Positions 36,501 to 49,731 of a DNA stretch of 64,000 nt are shown here, piece after piece. The stretch covers positions 84,320,001 to 84,384,000 of the forward strand of contig NC_043002.1 in NCBI RefSeq assembly GCF_006345805.1, read 5' to 3'. Both the position numbers and the translations under genes were made by a program. A model generated the notes under the pieces. The model was not told where the DNA came from and did not search any database. It saw only the letters and a list, made by a program, of their open reading frames with translations. How positions within the stretch are numbered: the stretch's first letter is position 1; the number at the start of each line of letters is the position of its first letter. This DNA comes from Octopus sinensis. Its lineage: Eukaryota.

Positions 36501-37118
36501 CTGCTTGTGAAGACCTGTTGAGGCAAATGAAATCAAAATCAAAATCAAATCAAAATCAATTCGATGACTGGTATCTGTGCTAGCAGGATGCAAAAGCACC
36601 ATACGAGTGTGATTGTTGACAGAGCGGCTATTCAAGTATGATCGTTACCAGCGTCGCCTTACTGGCACTCATGCCTGTGCTAGTTGGGTGCCAAGAGCAC
36701 CATCCGAGCATGATCGTTGCCAGAGCAGCCAACTGGCTTCCATACTCGACCATCCGAGTGTGGTCGTTGCCAGAGCAGCCAACTGGCTTCCGTACCCGTG
36801 GCATGTAAAAGGGCACCATTCAAGCGTGATCATTACCAATGTCGCTTCACTGGCACCTGTGCTGGTGGCACGTGTAAAAAGATTCGAGCGAGGTCATTGC
36901 CAGTACCACCTGACTGACCCCTGTGCCTGTTGCACATAAAAAGCACCCACTACACTCTTGGAGTGGTTGGCGTTAGGAAGGGCATCCAGCTGTAGAAACT
37001 CTGGCTAGATCAAGATTGGAGCCTGGTGCAGCCATCTGGCTTGCCAGCCCTCAGTCAAAATCGTCCAACCCATGCTAGCATGGAAAGCGGACGTTAAACG
37101 ATGATGATGATGATGATG
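36501..37118 (+). mobile_element. RTE 3'UTR-only element with a diverged multi-unit array
   Basis: Starts ctgcttgtgaagacctgttgaggc; several gccag-loop-ctggc units; canonical 3' end and (gat)n. Confidence 0.88.
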
Positions 37119-37547
37119 TGGCATGATTGATCCTTTAACTCATCTAGGAAGGTAATAATACTGAATAAAAGCTAATTTAGACCATAAGAACCCCTTCAAC
37201 TTATGCTTGCATAAAAAATGAGTATTAAAAAGAAAAGAGATGATGATGGAAACACACATAGACACATATCAGATTTATATATGATGGTATTATACCCAGA
37301 TGTGAAAGAATCTTGCCACTGTAACCAGCAGCAGATGGTAAAGTGCGTTGTTTTTCAGATAATGGCATCATTCAGTGTAAATTAATTAGAACTGATAACG
37401 TCATGAAAACTGGAAAAGTACATGGCTAGAGTTGAGCTCACAGATGTGAAGTTATGTAACAGTTTGAATTAAGTGATGGAGAACATTGTGGCAATTATAT
37501 ATGTATACATACATCTACGTTTTTTCGCCTTGTTTAGATATGTAAAT

Positions 37548-37693
<146 letters not shown>

Positions 37694-37908
37694 ATGTATG
37701 AATTTATATTCAAAGCTCTGTATCTTTATATTACTGTAATTAAGGACTATTGCACTAATCTACTAATATTCAAAATCCTCTTATTTCAAACACATGCTCA
37801 CATACATATGTACACACATTCACACACACATTGATGCACATACATACACACACATATACATTCACACTTGCACACACACATATACACTTGTGTGCATGCA
37901 CACACCCT

Positions 37909-37954
<46 letters not shown>

Positions 37955-38194
37955 AATGCACAATGTATTCACATGAAACTACATGAGAATATGAGGTAGC
38001 TGCTATACAGTCACTTTACCTATTAGAAATAGCTGCCAAATCTCCTTCAAATCAAACTCTGTTGCCTTCAATAAAGAAGGACACAACAGACAAAGTAGTT
38101 CTTGGTATACAAAAAAATGAGACAGTCATGGTTTGGATGCAGTTGATCATGGTGGATCAAGGGCTAAATTAAGAAAACGAACCTACCCTGAAAG

Positions 38195-38395
38195 ATTCTT
38201 TCTTTTCTACTGTAGGCACTAGGCCTGAAAATTTGGGGGAGGAAATAGTCAATTACATCGACCCCTGTGTATAACTGGTACTTATTTCATCAACCCTGAA
38301 AGGATGAAAGGCAAAGTTGACCTCAGTGGAATTTGAACTCAGAATGTAACAGCAGATGAAATACCATTAAGCTAATGATTCTGCCAGCTCACCAA
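38195..38395 (-). mobile_element. SINE family B
   Basis: actggtacttatttcatcaaccctgaaaggatgaaaggcaaagttgacc. Confidence 0.8.
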
Positions 38396-38964
38396 TTATC
38401 CTATCCTGAAATATAATCACATATAATTTCTACAATCAAACTCAGACATATGTATTCAAATACCCCCTCTCACATTTGCTTATATAATCACATATATTTT
38501 GTGTCTTTAGTACTTTATTTATTTCAGTCATTGGACTGTGGCCATGGTTGGGTATTGCCTTGAAGGGTTTAGTTGAAGAAACCAACCTCAGTACTTAACA
38601 TTTGAAGCACTTAGTCATTCAGCTTTTGAAAATCCTGTACTGGCCTGACCTTGCCTTTTGTTGGCTGCACCACTGCCGTTAGCAGCAGCACTCCACTCTT
38701 TACTTCCTCCCTCCAAGAGATTAAAATACTTTCCTCTCCCTTGAACTTGTTCTGGCTTCTCCTTTCAGGGTATGCTGATAACAACTTACCCTATATATCA
38801 ATGTACTTCAACTGTCCACTGCTGACCATCTAACACAGTCTGAAAATCCTTATTTATGGTGGTGTATGCAAGATGGTTCTCTCTGGGGCCTTCTTCACTC
38901 TCCATCATGAGCTATGAGGTGCAAACTCATAGCTCATGATGCCTCCTTACCACGAAATTAATCC

Positions 38965-39197
38965 TTTATCTTTACTACCCACAAGGGGTTAAACTCAGAG
39001 AGGACAAACAAGGACAGACAAACAGATTAAGTCTTTTATATCGACCCCAGTGCGTAACTGGTACTTATTTAATCGACCCCGAAAGGATGAAAGGCAAAGT
39101 TGACCTTGGCGGAATTTGAACTCAGAACGTAGCGGCAGACGAAATACTGCTAAGCATTTCGCCCGGCGTGCTAACGTTTCTGCCAGCTCGCCGCCTT
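38965..39197 (-). mobile_element. SINE family B, young
   Basis: CpG-rich full copy; flanks acgaaat(g)taatcc resemble a TSD. Confidence 0.9.
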
Positions 39198-39431
39198 TTT
39201 ACGAAATGTAATCCTGTCCAAACTACCCTCTGGGATAGCTTGGTACTTGTTCTGTCAGTCTCTTTTGCCAAACCACTATATCACGGAGGTGTAAACAAAC
39301 CAACACTGGTTGTCATGCAGTGGTGAAGGACAAACAAAATACTAAGACATACATATACACATACATATGTACACACGTACACATACACATGCACGCATAC
39401 AATTTGAGCATCAATATATATTCATAAGCAT

Positions 39432-39610
39432 AAGGTAGCGAGCTGGCAGAAACATTAGCATGCTGGGCGAAATGCTTAGCGGTATTTCGTCTGTCTTTAG
39501 ATTCTGAGTTCAAATTCCACCGAGGTCGACCTTGCTTTTTATCCTTTCGGGGTTGATAAATTAAGTACCAGTTGCATACTTCACCTTGTGCCTAGTGTAG
39601 AAAAGAATAT
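39432..39610 (+). mobile_element. SINE family B
   Basis: Head and core intact, tail shortened. Confidence 0.85.
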
Positions 39611-40187
39611 ATTCATAAGCATGCATAAACACATTCATGCACATAAATTCTCAGAGAAAAACACACACAAAAACAATAATTAAACAAGTCAAAGTGGGAA
39701 CACCTACATGGTTACCTACCTGCTTGAAATAACAATATATCCCTCAAACTCTACTTTACTGATTGAAAGATCAAAGCATTAGATATTGCTGTCTTTGACG
39801 TGCAATTTTTTTATCTTTTACTTGTATTATTCATTGAATTGCAGCTATGCTGTGATACCACCTTGAAGAGCTTAGGTAACAAAAATTTTTGTTTGGTTTC
39901 CTTGTATGCCTTCACTGTCCTGCTTTTGTTCCCAACTTTGACCCGCCATAAATTCTAAATTTTATTTTAGAATTTATGGGAGCAACTGTCTTTGAAGGCT
40001 CATATTGTCATCGAATGCTCAAAATGAGGAGAATATAGGCAGCAAACAACTGACAAAGGGTCGTTCTCTGTGTTTACTTGTCCTGTTTTCAATATATTTC
40101 TCTCACTGGTTGTGCATTTAACTTGTTTGTTTTTGTATTTCATATTGTTTACACAGTTGGTGATGTCCTGTATCCATACACACACAC

Positions 40188-40480
40188 ACAAGGCTTTGGT
40201 CAGCCCGAGCTATAGTAGAAGACACTTGCCCAAGGTGCCATGCAGTGGGACTGAACCCAGGACCATGTGGTTGGTAAGCAAGCTACTTACCACACAGCCA
40301 CTCCACCGCACACACATAATGGGCTTCCACAGAGTTTATGCCTACCAAATCTACTCACAAGGCACTACTCAGCCCATGGTTAAAGTAGAAGACACTTGCC
40401 CAAAGTGCTGCACAGTAGGCTTGAACCCCAAATCAAGTGATTGCAAGTCAAGTTCCCTAATCACACATCTATGTCTGCAC
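40188..40480 (-). mobile_element. Two adjacent SINE A 5' halves
   Basis: agaagacacttgcccaa at about 40217 and 40388. Confidence 0.8.
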
Positions 40481-41329
40481 CTCTCAAAGAGCAACAGAAG
40501 AATCTTTGATGATAGATCTGCTGTTTCAGAGCTAAATAACAACTATACAAATAAGATGACAGCAACAACAACTATTTGAAGTTATCTATTAAAAAATATA
40601 CACCAAATGTAGGCAATCCTACAAGAGACAAGAAATATATGCAGAGGCTAGAAGGTCAAACAATGTCTGTACATATGAACGGGGAATCTAGACTCAAATT
40701 ACACCTCCCAGTCCTCTATTTAGGATGATTAAGAGGAGGAGGAAAAGTTGCTGATAAAAATTGTCATCATCATCACCATCATTATCATCATTGTCATCAT
40801 CACTATCACCAGTATCACGACCCCATTTACTCTCCACCATCACAACTGCTACCACCACCCCCACCACCACCAAGGGTGTCAAAGTTGTCTTCCATGCCTT
40901 TGTTCAGTGTTTGAATATTGCTGACTTGTAGAGCTATGTTGAACTACCTGTGACAGGGAAGGAATGGGGCAAGCTTTTCTCTGTCTGATAGATAACAGTG
41001 GGGTGGACACAACTAAAAGAGCCAGTCTTTTCCACTCCAGCCAAGCCCTCCTCAGACTTTTCTGTTATCACTTGAAGAGGAAGCTGAAGTCAGAGACGGA
41101 CATCCTGTTCATCAATAAATTTAGTGAAAGATGGGTGTTAATGGCAAGCATTTCCTGGGTCAAAAAATAGGATTATGTAGGTTGTGCCTGTAGATTGTGG
41201 TTGAATTTAGGTGTGGTCACTTTGCCATGGTAGTTTTGGCAGTCTAGGTTTTAATTTGGAGTTTTACTGATTAACCAAACCCCACCCCCTTCACAAGACA
41301 TCCAGTTATTAAATTTGATAGGAAATTAA

Positions 41330-41550
41330 GGACCAGGAAAGACAAGTAATAATTTCAATGCTATGTTGGGATCAAATAACTCTGCACAAGTCATGGATCT
41401 TGCTGGAATATACTTATTGCAGGATAGTTTATCTGATCCCTTGGGTGGTGTGTACCAAGATGATGCATTGTTTATATTTCCTAACACAAGTAAAGTGTGT
41501 ATTGAAACATTTAGAAGGAAATTATAAAAATTTGGAAACATGGGTGTTTT
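41330..41550 (+). pseudogene. Penelope-like (PLE) reverse transcriptase fragment
   Basis: Frame from 41342: NNFNAMLGSNNSAQVMDLAGIYLL..GGVYQDDAL..ETFRRKL, matching the PLE RT pattern [30 protein letters not shown]. Confidence 0.7.
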
Positions 41551-41564
41551 GTTCAACATCTTTA

Positions 41565-41799
41565 AACAACCCTTATTCAGGGACCTTTTGCGCCAGATGG
41601 GCTACTCAACCTGAAGAAAATTCTAGCTGGGCCCCATCTGCAAGGTCATGTGCTGTTTATCTTGATATTAGATTACCATGTTGCACACATATGGTTGTGA
41701 TGTATGTGCCTGGTGTACCCTTATCAGATGGGTAGTCATGATGGATATACTGGGCTTTGTATATTTCACCCTTTGATGGCATGCACTACTCTCTCACTC

Positions 41800-41850
<51 letters not shown>
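41565..41850 (+). mobile_element. Unclassified retroposon-like 3' end with (AAT)n tail
   Basis: ~235-bp body ending ctctctcactc(aat)n directly after the PLE fragment; single copy in the window. Confidence 0.4.
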
Positions 41851-41851
<1 letters not shown>

Positions 41852-41887
41852 TAGCCCAAACCTCTGTACTAAACTGGGTTTTATGCC

Positions 41888-41937
<50 letters not shown>

Positions 41938-41940
<3 letters not shown>

Positions 41941-42280
41941 TTGCCTTTCATCCTTTTGGTGTCAATAAAATAAGCACCAGTTGAATACTGGGGTCAATAA
42001 TAATCAGCTTACTCTCTCCCACCTAACATGCTGGTCTTGAGCTAGAATTTGAAACCATTATTAAGGTAGCAGACTGGCAGAATTGTTAGCTCACTGGACA
42101 AAATGCTTTGCAACATTTCTTCGGGTTTTATGTTCTGAGCTCAAATTCTGCTCAGGTTGACTTTGCCTTTCATCCTTTTGGAGTCAATAAAACAAGTACC
42201 CAACAAACTCTGAGATCAATGTAGTCAGCTAGTCCCCCACCAACCAAATTTCAAACCTTGTGCCTATAACTGAAAGAATT
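41938..42280 (+). mobile_element. Two SINE B pieces
   Basis: ttgcctttcatccttttgg core at 41941 and 42163. Confidence 0.8.
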
Positions 42281-42870
42281 ATTTATCTTGATTCCTTACC
42301 TTGACTTATTAATCCACTTATCTTCTTGTCAACAGCAATATATAACTGCAAATTTATTCCACAACAGCTAAAGTATTGATATCACTAACCTTATTTTTTT
42401 AACTTTATCTCTGATTTAAGAATTTAACTAATCTATCTGTAATATTTCTTTCTAATCTATTCTTTTATTTGTGTGTGATGCACTCTAACTAGTTCATTAA
42501 TTCCCAAATATTTCAAGTCAGTGTCTGGTCTAATTCACTTCTCTCTCTCTCTCTTCTTTTATCTTACTTGATATTAGTGGTGAGCCTTGACACAGTTCCC
42601 TGCACCAAATTTCATATCAGTTCTTCTTGTAAATCTGTGTCCTATCTATAACAGTGTTTTCAGGTGTTCTTCATCTGTGGTTATTGGTTTCAGACTCATC
42701 ATCATCATATTCATTATTATCATAATCATCATCATCATCATCATTGTCATTATTGTTGTCATCATTGTTGTAGTCATCGTCATCATCATCATCCTCATCA
42801 TCATTGCCGTCGTCGTTGTTGTCATCTGCAGCAGCAGCAGTAGCAACAGAATTTCAACATCCAGTTTACT

Positions 42871-43386
42871 CTGCTTGTGAAAACCTGTTGGGGCAAGTGA
42901 AATCGAAATTGAACCAAATTTGATGACTGGCACTTGTGCCAGTGGAGCGCTTACAGCTCCATCTGAGCGGGATCACTGCCAGAGCAGCTGTCTGGCATCC
43001 GTGCCAGTGGTATGTAAAAAGCACTATTTGAGCATGATCATTACCAGCGTCGCCTTACTGGCACTTGTGCCAGTGACATGTGAATAAAACATTCGAGCGA
43101 GGTCGTTGCCAGTGCCGCTGGACTGACTCCTGTGCAGGTGCTATGTAAAAGACACCATTCGAGCATGGCTGTTGCCAGTACTGCCAGACTGGCCCTTGTG
43201 CCGGTGGCAAGTAAAAGCACCCACTACACTCTTGGAGTGGTTAGCATTAGGAAGGGCATCCAGCTGTAGAAACTCTGCCAGATCAGATTGGAGTCTGGTG
43301 CAGCCAACTGGTTCACCAGACCTCAGCCAAATCATCTAACCCATGCTAGCATGAAAAGCAGACGTTAAACGATGATGATGGTGATG
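42871..43386 (+). mobile_element. RTE 3'UTR-only element with a diverged array
   Basis: Same start (ctgcttgtgaa) and similar unit series as 36501; (gat)n tail. Confidence 0.88.
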
Positions 43387-43717
43387 AATTTAACATGTTT
43401 GCATGGGTCAAATGTAATTTGTTTTAGCAGATTTTTCTACAGCTGGCCGACCTTCCTGTCGTGAACCCTTGCCTATTTCCAAGTAAGATTATATTTCCCC
43501 TAAGGCTAGACATGTTTTTACAGATGATTGAAATGATGGACACTGCTTGTATGACAGTGACACTTGTTTACTACTTTTATGCATGTTTATATGGTAATGA
43601 GTAAAGACCCCCTTCAGTGATGACTGACCATGGGACTGCATCTAGAAAAGTCCTGTCTGAAGCTCAAGTCTGGGCAAGGTTGTTTTTGTGTTAGGTCAAC
43701 AGTTGCCCATGCATACC

Positions 43718-43945
43718 TATTTCTTTACTACCCATAAGGGGCTAAACACAGAGAGGACAAACAAGGACAGACAAAGGGATTAAATTGATTACATTGATCC
43801 CAGTGCATAACTGGTACTTTATCGACCCCGAAAGGATGAAAGGCAAAGTCAACCTCGGCGGAATTTGAACTCAGAACATAACGGCAGACGAAATGCCGCT
43901 AAGCATTTCATCCAGCGTGCTAATGTTTCTGCCAGCTCGCCACTT
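43718..43945 (-). mobile_element. SINE family B; SINE D tail fragment just left of it (43600-43717)
   Basis: Full B copy; the left flank is the inverse of 59515-59627. Confidence 0.88.
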
Positions 43946-44611
43946 CCATACAGTTTCTGCTTACCAAATTCACTCATGTGGCATTGGTTAGCCTGGGGTT
44001 ATAAAAGAAGACATTTTCCCAATGCTGCATAGTAGAATTGAACCTGAAACCACATGGCTGCAAAGCAAGCTTCTTAATCACACAGCCAAACCAAAAGCCT
44101 AGCCCATATGAATAGTTTTCATAAATCTCCCACTTTCCTTTCTAACTGTGACTACCACAAAAACTATATCAGTTTTGTTTTTTTTCCAAAGTCTACATTG
44201 ATATTCCCATTTTTCCCATTAGGTTTTACAATGGTAAGGTTTGCATGATTTGTTGTTGTTGGCAGAGGTCTTTCATTGTTTCACAGGAAGAGCTATAATT
44301 CTATTTCTATTTCTACTATTTTATTTTTGGTCTATTCGATACTTTGTTTCAAGAATTTTCTATTCTTACATATTTTCATTTGTGTTGTTCTGGTTTAGCC
44401 TTTGTTGATCAGGATTTTGTAGGTTAGAGTAAAATTAGATTATACTGTGTATGTTTATTTGTTTGTTTTAGTTTTGCATGTCTATCTTCCACACAAATTC
44501 TTAGTCTTATTGGCTTTTACATTTAAATTTTTTTTGTTTTGCTTATTGTTTGCATATTCTGTCTTTTAAGAGTTCTATTTATACACGTGATATATTTTGA
44601 GAAAATGTCTT

Positions 44612-44916
44612 TTTAAGCCTTTTGTATTCATTTAGATCTGTCAAATGTAATGCGTATTTACTTACACTGTCTTGAATTAATCATGCATTATAGGCACAGG
44701 TGTGACTGCATGGTAAGAAGCTTGCTTTTCAACCACATTGTTCCAAGTTCAACTCCACTGTATGGCACCTTGGGCAAGTGTCTTCTACTGTAGTCTCAGG
44801 CTAACCAAAGCCTTGTGACCAAAGCCTTGTGAGTGGATTTGGTAAACAGAAACTGAAAGAAGCCTGTTGTATATGTGTTTGTGTGTGTGTGTGTGTGTAT
44901 GTGTGTGTGTGTGTGA

Positions 44917-44948
<32 letters not shown>

Positions 44949-45322
44949 GTGTGTGTGTGTGTGTGTTTATGTATGTATTTGTCCCCCACCACAACTTGAC
45001 AACTGGTATTGGTATGTTTACATCCCTGTAACTTAGTGGTTTGGCAAAAGAGACCGATAGAATAAGTACCAGACTTTAAAAACAAACAAGCACTGAAGGT
45101 CAGTTCATTTGACTTAAAGTTCTTCAAGGCAGTGCCCCAGCATGGCCATGGTTTAACTACTGAAACAAGTAAAAGGTTAAAAGATTATCTCATGTGTTAT
45201 ATTTTTAGAATGACATTTTAGGGTAGGTGTGAGAGGCCAGATCTGGCCAGTTTGAACTCACACATTAAAAGAGGTAGACAATTTGGACAAGATACGGTTG
45301 GTTTAAATATTAAAGAGTTAAA
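44612..45322 (+). mobile_element. TTAA MITE split by a SINE A (44692-45183)
   Basis: The MITE breaks at attat and resumes attatctc; ends aatattaaagagttaa. Confidence 0.75.
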
Positions 45323-45569
45323 TTAGCTAAACTTTTTGTTTTCAAGTTCATGAGTTTGATAAGTTTAAATGTCATAGTAAGAGGACACTGACATTTCAGA
45401 TATGTTACTCCATTTGAGATAAAGGAAAAATAATTCCTCTTTTAACCTTGGGCTGAATGATGCAGTCTACATATCTATTGTCTATCAATTTTTTTTTTCT
45501 TTTTACTTTGCTTTATGCTGAATTTATCTGGAATTTAATTGACTTGTTCCTTGTTAGCGTGTTTATACA

Positions 45570-45816
45570 TCATCATCATCATTGTTCGACAGTGGTCGAG
45601 ACAATGGAATTTACCATGCTACGCCAGACTTCACGGTCCATCATAGCATTACGGAGGTCCTGTTGCTGGATGCCTGTATCCCTGGAATTTACATCAGGGT
45701 AAGAGGGTGCACACTCTCCTACCCTCATGTAATCTCCAGGGATACAGGCATCCAGCAACAGGACCTCTGTGATGCTATGATGGACCGTGAAGTCTGGCGT
45801 AACATAGTAAATTCCA
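45570..45816 (-). mobile_element. Fold-back RTE-type 3'-end insertion with 10-bp TSD
   Basis: Minus strand SYPDVNSRDTGIQQQDLRNAMMDREVWRSMV..* plus (gat)n; inverted second copy at 45711-45816; TSD tgtttataca at 45560-45569 and 45817-45826. Confidence 0.9.
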
Positions 45817-45889
45817 TGTTTATACAAAATGGTAGCTAATTGATTATCAAGGAGAACACATTACTCATTTTAGACATAAGCTTTCCATC

Positions 45890-46512
45890 TTTTCTTTAAT
45901 CTTGTATTTGCTTCAGCTGTCGGGATGCAGCCATACTGGGGTGCCAACTTAAAGGGCTTAGTCAAACAAATTGACACCAGTACTTACAAGTGAGTGCTAA
46001 AATGTTCTTGGCTTTGGGTAAAAGAAAATACAGGAGGATCAGTTAATTATGATTTTATTCAGCATATTCCCTTCTCAGATACACACACTTGTTGCAGTGG
46101 TCTTTCAGTTTTCTAAGCCCTATAAAAGAACTTGGAATGTTGGGCCTCCAACCAGATCCCTTGCAATACCCTGAAAGCCTGGAAATTTCCAGTTCCTCCT
46201 GGTATTTTTAAGAAGTCTCATACTTATTCTATCAATCTCTTTTTCCCAAGCTGCTAAGTTACAGCGACATAAACAAACCAACACTCATTATCAAAGAATG
46301 GAACAAACACAGACACAAAAAACACATGCATAGATATATACATATATATTCACAACAGGCTTCTTTCGGTTTCTATCAACCAAATTACAAGTCTTTGGTT
46401 GGCCCAGGTCTATAGTTGAAGACATTTGCTTAAAGTGCCATGGTGTGAGACTGAACCCAGAACTATGTGCTTGGGAAGCAAACTTCTTGCTCAAAAGCCA
46501 CACTTGTGCCTA
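45890..46512 (-). mobile_element. Old SINE A split by a mariner MITE (45985-46204)
   Basis: MITE ends gctaaaatgttcttggcttt / aaagcctggaaatttccag; internal sequence matches 52095. Confidence 0.8.
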
Positions 46513-46734
46513 AAATAATAATATTTGGATAAGCTATTTCTTCAAGGATTATCCTTCAACATTTTTCAAGAGTTTCATTGGTCATATTAAATCGTAACAC
46601 CATTGGATGATCTGTACTTGTAGTTCAAAATGTCCAGCTTTGGCACGCTATTGTCACACTGATCCTGCTAGAGAATTACAATACTCAGCCATGTTGTATG
46701 AGTAGATTATTTAGTTGTCATCTTATATATATAT

Positions 46735-47120
46735 TCTTTTATTTGTTTCAGTCGTTTGAGTGTGGCCATGCTGGAGCATCACCTTTAGTCAAGCAAATTG
46801 ACCCCAGGACTTATTCTTTGTAAGCCTAATACTTATCCTATTGGTCTCTTTTCCCAAAGCGCTAAGTTATGGGGACGAAAACGCACCAGCATCGGTTGTC
46901 AAGCAATGTTGGGGAACAAACACAAACACACAAACATATACATATATATATATATATGACAGGCTTCTTTCAGTTTCTGTCTACTAAATCTACTCACAAG
47001 TCTTTGGTCGACCCAAAGCTATAATAGACGACTCTTGCCCAAGGTGCTGCACAGTGGGAGTGAACCCAGAACCATGTGGTTGGTAAGCAAGCTACTTACC
47101 ACACATCCACTCCTACACCT
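46735..47120 (-). mobile_element. SINE family A
   Basis: Full copy. Confidence 0.9.
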
Positions 47121-47141
47121 ATATATATATATATGTATATA

Positions 47142-47204
<63 letters not shown>

Positions 47205-47208
<4 letters not shown>

Positions 47209-47465
47209 ACAAATAATAAATAAAACATATGTATATATACATACATATATGAACGTACCTACATCTATATGTATATATACATGCATATATGTGTACAGGA
47301 CACCAAAAAAACGTCGAACACAATGAGAAACGAAAACATAAACACAAAACCAACTAAATGGACATTTTTCTTAAACAACAAAAAATAGAGTACAAGACAT
47401 ACAACACAAGGAAAATTCCCCTTCTTCAGCCGCCTCTGTTTCATCTACTCCGCATTTCGAAGGTA
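47205..47465. mobile_element. Fragment of the putative PLE terminal repeat seen at 49841-51126
   Basis: Clearly homologous to 49850-50096; abuts (TA)n. Confidence 0.6.
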
Positions 47466-47469
47466 TGTG

Positions 47470-48408
47470 AATGACTGTCACCAAAAAATCTCCCCCTTTG
47501 AGAGTTAACTTCCTAGGGAAGTTTAGTATTTCTTCTGTTTAGGCACTATTTCCAACCATTCCATTTGTTCCCTCTTTCTTGTGCTGCTATGCCCAGCTTT
47601 GACTTGTGGTGTTGGAACATCAAAGATGTCACAGAGGACTTCCATGGGTATCTCTTTTTGTTTCATATGTCTATTTTTTAACTGGTTTAAATGTCTTTTG
47701 TGTTCCTATTTTTTTGCCTCTTATATACGTCATTTTGCCCATTTGTTTTGTTACTTTTCTGTCTTCCCAACCTTCTCTTCCATTTTTATATATTTTGAAA
47801 AACACCTTGTCACCGATATTAAAATACTTTGTTGTATTTTTAATGTTTTCCCTGTTTGTTATTCTTATTGGTAACAGCTTGTTAAAAATTGACTTTATTT
47901 TTCGAGCAAACATTAGTTCCACAGGCGACTTGCCTGAATAAGTGTTTGGGTTTCATGTTATCCAATGAACCCTCAAGAATTGTGTCAATGTTGCATCATC
48001 GATTAGCTTGTTTCTTGATTTCTTTAATGCTCTTTTAAATGCATCCACAAACTGTTCCACTTTTCCATTTGATCTTGGGTGGTGTGGTGGAGTAGGGATG
48101 TGTTCAACTGCGTATATTTTGCAAAAAATTTTAAACTCATATGCCGTAAACCGTGTACTGTTATCAGATACTATAGTGTCTGACACATCATATCTTGCAA
48201 AGAGTTCATGAAGAAATTCTATTGGTACAGGTTGGTCTCCTAGATGTACATATTTCCGGCCACTTAGAATAACTATTTACTACAATCAGGTAATATGCGC
48301 CATTTACTGGTCCAGAAAAATCTATATGAAGCTTGGTCTATGATTGTCAGTTTTAGACTACAGTTAGAATTTTACTGGTGGTGACTTGGCCATAAGAGCA
48401 CAACCAGT
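47470..48408 (-). pseudogene. Gypsy/Ty3 LTR retrotransposon integrase relic
   Basis: LHIDFSGPVNGAYYLIVVNSYSKWPEI..DTIVSDNSTRF..PHHPRSNGKVEQFVDAFKRAL..GKSPVELMFARK..FNIGDKVF; frameshifts and stops. Confidence 0.92.
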
Positions 48409-48629
48409 GGGACTGATCCTGGAATGATGTGGTTGGAAAACAAACTCCTTACCACATAGCCAGGTATAGATATATCATAATTCTTTAACATCTGTTTTCC
48501 ATGCTGGCATGGGTTCGACACACACACACATACAGCTGACATGTGTCAGCATGGAAGATGGACGTTAAATGATGTTGATGATACATACAATATATAATAT
48601 AAATATATGTGTGTGTATGTGTGTGTTTG

Positions 48630-49054
48630 TATACTCTTTACTCTTTTACTTGTTTCAGTCATTTGACTGCGGCCATGCTGGAGCATCGCCTTTAGTCGAG
48701 CAAATCAGCCCGGGACTTATTGTTTGTAAGCTCAGTACTTATTCTATCGGTCTCTTTTGCTGAACCGCTAAGTGACGGGGACGTAAACACACCAGCATCA
48801 GTTGTCAAGCAATGCTAGGGGGACAAACACAGACACACAAATACACACACATACACACACACACACGCACACATATATATATATACATATATACGACAGG
48901 CTTCTTTCAGTTTCCATCTACCAAATCCACTCACAAGGCTTTGGTCGGCCCGGGGCTATAGCAGAAGACACTTGCCCAAGATGCCACACAGTGGGACTGA
49001 ACCCAGAACCATGTGGTTGGTTAGCAAGCTACTTACCACACAGCCACTCCTGCG

Positions 49055-49058
<4 letters not shown>
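48630..49058 (-). mobile_element. SINE family A, young
   Basis: Full copy; shares ctaacc, gctatagccccgggc and ccccctagcattgc variants with the 20161 copy. Confidence 0.92.
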
Positions 49059-49109
<51 letters not shown>

Positions 49110-49113
<4 letters not shown>

Positions 49114-49341
49114 TAATAATAATGAAATTATTGTATACAGTGCTCAGGTGCACCACAACTTGTCAGAAAGTGCATATAAAGTACATGCAGTAATGTAGAA
49201 ATGTCTGGAAAGTGAACATGCTTGTGTGTGTATCAAGTGTAGTGTTGGCGAATCTCAGGAAGCATGGAAGTTTTGAAGGATGCAGTGCTCCGACAACTAA
49301 CAACCAATGCCGGCAGTTTGTTCCACGCTTAAGCAACTCTC

Positions 49342-49343
<2 letters not shown>
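49110..49343 (-). mobile_element. CR1 3' fragment (same family as 13793)
   Basis: aatgaaattattgtatacagtgctcaggtgcaccacaacttgtc... Confidence 0.9.
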
Positions 49344-49376
<33 letters not shown>

Positions 49377-49656
49377 GTGTAGGAAGAAATGGAGCTGAAC
49401 GAAAATTTAACAAAATTCCTTTTTATTATTTTCTACATATGTTTCAAAGGCTGCAAATGTTTTAATATAATAAATATAATAAAATTATTGCATACAATAA
49501 TTTCATTATATATATTATATTAAAACACGGTTTTACCTTTAAATTACCTACTACTGTGTACCTTATAACGAGGACCATACATACTGAGGTAATATACCAG
49601 AAGTGCCTACGGATACATCTATCCCTTGGATGGTTGCATAACCTCTAACATATATC

Positions 49657-49726
<70 letters not shown>

Positions 49727-49731
<5 letters not shown>

